A stretch of DNA of 64,000 nt from contig CALWAL010000001.1 in assembly GCA_944373145.1 (NCBI GenBank), positions 64,105 to 128,104 of the forward strand. The letters run 5' to 3'. Below are positions 61,574 to 64,000 of the stretch, piece after piece; position 1 is the first letter of the stretch, and the number at the start of each line of letters is the position of its first letter. Below the pieces are notes generated by a model. It had not been told where the DNA came from. It worked only from the letters and a program-made list of their open reading frames with translations, and did no database searches. The translations under genes and the position numbers were made by a program. Source of the DNA: an uncultured Bacilli bacterium (GTDB lineage Bacteria; Bacillota_I; Bacilli_A; RF39; UBA660).

Positions 61574-62032
61574 CTAAAATTTTAAATTTTTTAATATTCT
61601 TTTTAAACCGGCATTTATACTAAACTTTATTGCCATTTTTGTACAGTTCTCAATTTGAGCAATTTCCTCCAAAGTCATTTCTTCAAAATAATATAACTTT
61701 AATCTCTTTTTTTGAACTTCTGGTAATTTTTCTATTTCTTGATAAAGTCTTTCATAAACAATTTTTTCTAATACTATATCTTCTAATAGTTTTTGTTGAC
61801 CTTTAACTTTATGATATAAAATCTCATCACAGTATTCATATGAGACAAGATGGCGATCATATTCGTTCATTTCTTTTATTGTATCTAATTCAAATTGATT
61901 AAACTCTTTATATAATTCATCACTTATTTTTATTGATTGCTTATTACCCCTACTATCTATAAAAGTTAGCAAATGATCAACTTCCAATGTGTATGGATTG
62001 TCCTTTACTTTTCTTCTTTTTGGTAAATTCAT
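61574..62032 (-). CDS. Sigma-70 region-4-like HTH regulator (TcdR/UviA- or Tn916 Orf7-like small sigma-type protein).
   Basis: C-terminal KKRLKLYYFEEMTLEEIAQIENCTKMAIKFSINAGLKRILKNL matches the sigma region 4.2 pattern (compare TcdR ...KLYY...SRQ..NK...ALRKL). No convincing region 2. Confidence 0.5.
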   Translation of the reverse strand: MNLPKRRKVKDNPYTLEVDHLLTFIDSRGNKQSIKISDELYKEFNQFELDTIKEMNEYDRHLVSYEYCDEILYHKVKGQQKLLEDIVLEKIVYERLYQEIEKLPEVQKKRLKLYYFEEMTLEEIAQIENCTKMAIKFSINAGLKRILKNLKF

Positions 62033-62251
62033 TCCTATCCTCCTATCTAATAAAAATCTCTTAATTAGACAGGAGGACTCCTACATTTTCTTTTCATAAG
62101 CACTCCACAAATTTCAACAAAATTAATTTGTCAAGTACAATAAAATATAGATATGCTTATTTCACACCACACGTTAATGGAGTTAACTCTCTTATTTAGA
62201 GAATCAAAAAAAGATAAACTAAATGTTTATCTTTTTCATTAAAAATTTTTA

Positions 62252-62977
62252 TTACCAAGTTCCAGACCAAGTAACACTTGCTTGTGATATCTCATCAAAA
62301 TAATCTAAAACGGAACTATCATATTGAATCCCTGCATTACTAATATTAAAGTTTCGTGCTTGAGTTGTAGTCACTGTTCGAATAGCATGAGAATAGTCAC
62401 CAGAAGCTTGTTGAGCAATAACTGTAGAAGAAGGGTTTCTTTTTTCTACATCAAAATAAAATGTCTGCTCAAGAGATTCTAAATCACCACTTGGAACTTT
62501 AAAAGTTGCTGCCGAACCCGTATCTGTTATTTTTTCATAATATGAACTAATAGTTCTACAATCATCATCCACTGGACAATATGTTTGGCTAAAATGAGTA
62601 GAACCTCTTATGATAACGCTACTATAATGTCCAATACCGATTGTATCATAACTTCTTACTTTAGGAATATTACGCCATTCTAACGTAGCTTTATATCTAT
62701 AATAATTACCATTAGTTAAAAGATAAGTAGTTAGCTTTTTATAAGTAGTTATAGTACTAGTGGAGGCTAATGGCATAATATTTGGATTAAAAGCTTCGTA
62801 TTCCTCCTGAGTAATTTCCTCTGTAATAGCATAATTACTAGAAGCTCTTGTCAAATTAGAGTCATATATTGTTGTCTTAAAATATTTTTCTTCTTTTGAT
62901 ATTTCTTCAAATTTCAAAGCATTTCCAGTGATTGGCAGAGCAAATAATAATGCTAACATAATTAAAATTTTTTTCAT
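62252..62977 (-). CDS. Secreted protein of unknown function (signal peptide).
   Basis: MKKILIMLALLFALPITGNA signal sequence. Thr/Ser-rich. Confidence 0.5.
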   Translation of the reverse strand: MKKILIMLALLFALPITGNALKFEEISKEEKYFKTTIYDSNLTRASSNYAITEEITQEEYEAFNPNIMPLASTSTITTYKKLTTYLLTNGNYYRYKATLEWRNIPKVRSYDTIGIGHYSSVIIRGSTHFSQTYCPVDDDCRTISSYYEKITDTGSAATFKVPSGDLESLEQTFYFDVEKRNPSSTVIAQQASGDYSHAIRTVTTTQARNFNISNAGIQYDSSVLDYFDEISQASVTWSGTW

Positions 62978-63088
62978 AATTTCTCCTTTTCATTATATTA
63001 TTCACCATATGGTTTTGAGAGTATGACCTCTCACTATATACCTCACGAAAAGAAGAAAAGTATATTCTAAAATTCTCAAATATATTTA

Positions 63089-63823
63089 TTATTTGGATTC
63101 AACCAAATATAAATCAAATGAAATATCTTGAATTTTATCATTTTCTTTATATTCAATATATAATATCAAATTATCTAACAATATTAAATCTTCAGAATTC
63201 TTTAACAATTCATCGACATATAATGTATATGTTTCTAAAAAATCACGCAATTTCATTTCTTTGTCAAAATTATATATCTCATTTTTTATTATTTTATCAT
63301 TGGAAAGCAACTTTACATAGTATGATTTAGAACTAATCTCATCTGTTGTTCCTTCATTATAGTCACTGTATTCTATATTTCTTAACACTATAATATTTCT
63401 ATGCGGATTTAATACTACTATCCCCTCTAAATTTAAATTACTATTACTAGAATAAACTTTAAATACTTTATATTGATTATACTTATTAATCGAAAAAAAT
63501 AATATTGAAAGTAAAAGTATAATTAAAATAGCTATTATAGCAGATATTAATATTCTTTTCTTACCTCTATTGTTGTAATACTTTAATGCTTCTATATTTA
63601 TATCTTTTTCTAAATTTCTTTCACCATTCAATAATTCTTTTACACTAATGTCTAATTTCTCACTTAAATCATTAAGAATAGAAATATCTGGTGCATTTTT
63701 TCCAGTTTCCCATCGACTTACAGTTTTATCATTTACCCCAAGCATCTCTCCAAGCTTTGCTTGAGTTAAATCTTTTTCTTTTCTTAAATTTGCTATAAAT
63801 GTTCCTACTTTATTTAAATCCAT
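63089..63823 (-). CDS. Membrane-anchored XRE-family HTH regulator with an extracytoplasmic C-terminal domain.
   Basis: N-terminal HTH (LRKEKDLTQAKLGEMLGVNDKTVSRWETGKNAPD). Single TM (ILISAIIAILIILLLSILFF). About 130-aa outside domain. Confidence 0.65.
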   Translation of the reverse strand: MDLNKVGTFIANLRKEKDLTQAKLGEMLGVNDKTVSRWETGKNAPDISILNDLSEKLDISVKELLNGERNLEKDINIEALKYYNNRGKKRILISAIIAILIILLLSILFFSINKYNQYKVFKVYSSNSNLNLEGIVVLNPHRNIIVLRNIEYSDYNEGTTDEISSKSYYVKLLSNDKIIKNEIYNFDKEMKLRDFLETYTLYVDELLKNSEDLILLDNLILYIEYKENDKIQDISFDLYLVESK

Positions 63824-63840
63824 ACTTCACCAACTATTTT

Positions 63841-64000
63841 CTAATCTTCTCTATCTAAATCTTTAAATACATCATCTTGAAAAAATGTAGAAACCGATGT
63901 TCCAATACCATCGCAAATTCTTATGATAGTTAATATTTTAGGATTTTTACTTCTACCTTCCACAATATGTTGAATGGTACTTTGAGTTAAGCAACACATA
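63841..64000 (-). CDS. XRE-family HTH protein; partial, the N-terminus lies beyond the window.
   Basis: Own translation: ...CLTQSTIQHIVEGRSKNPKILTIIRICDGIGTSVSTFF..., a typical HTH_XRE helix 3-5. Confidence 0.5.
   Translation of the reverse strand, partial: MCCLTQSTIQHIVEGRSKNPKILTIIRICDGIGTSVSTFFQDDVFKDLDRED

Noticed and set aside
52004-64000. Complete prophage.
   Set aside because: No terminase, portal, capsid, tail-tube, tape-measure, integrase or att-like repeats are seen within the window. Only a tail-collar-like gene, a lysis cassette and XRE regulators are present. A cryptic remnant remains possible.

Overview
This is a 64 kb window from an AT-rich, low-GC Gram-positive (Bacillota) genome. 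The organism is apparently a spore-former: SpoIVA is present, and the dnaD-nth and recU-ponA gene pairs occur in the order known from Bacillus subtilis (established knowledge). Coding density is high and most genes lie on the minus strand.

Core, housekeeping content:
- lon, nth, dnaD, cca and hup
- a heat-shock block in the order hrcA-grpE-dnaK-pepF-dnaJ, with a CIRCE operator
- tex
- a minimal sufC/sufBD pair
- a P-type Ca-ATPase, a Cof-type HAD hydrolase and an ABC-2 exporter
- perR and rubrerythrin, a FadD-like ligase and a TetR regulator
- pgsA, a RodZ-like protein, RNase P RNA (missing from the ORF track), gpsB, recU, PBP1A and spoIVA

Two accessory regions stand out.

(1) A type VII secretion (T7SSb-like) locus, about 22.4-33.0 kb. 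It carries an EssC ATPase with an FHA-containing N-terminus, a YukD/EsaB-like gene, two WXG100 genes, several small helical proteins, two DUF4176 paralogs with repeated FDENGVV motifs, and an HExxH lipoprotein. No EssB, EsaA or EssA is recognisable in the window.

(2) An Rhs polymorphic-toxin island, about 52.0-64.0 kb. The order is: XRE regulators, a sigma-70 region-4-like regulator, a long leader, a phage-tail-collar-like protein, a 2050-aa leaderless Rhs/YD-repeat toxin, a candidate membrane-anchored immunity protein, a small membrane protein, a holin-like protein, and an M23/LysM peptidoglycan hydrolase. This architecture resembles holin/lysin-dependent toxin release systems, but here it is attached to an Rhs toxin. 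I consider it the most interesting candidate for an undescribed system.

Also notable is a tandem pair of near-identical promoter-sRNA-terminator units at about 19.4-19.7 kb.

All calls rest on reading the translated ORFs and the DNA directly. No database search was possible, so family assignments are motif-level.
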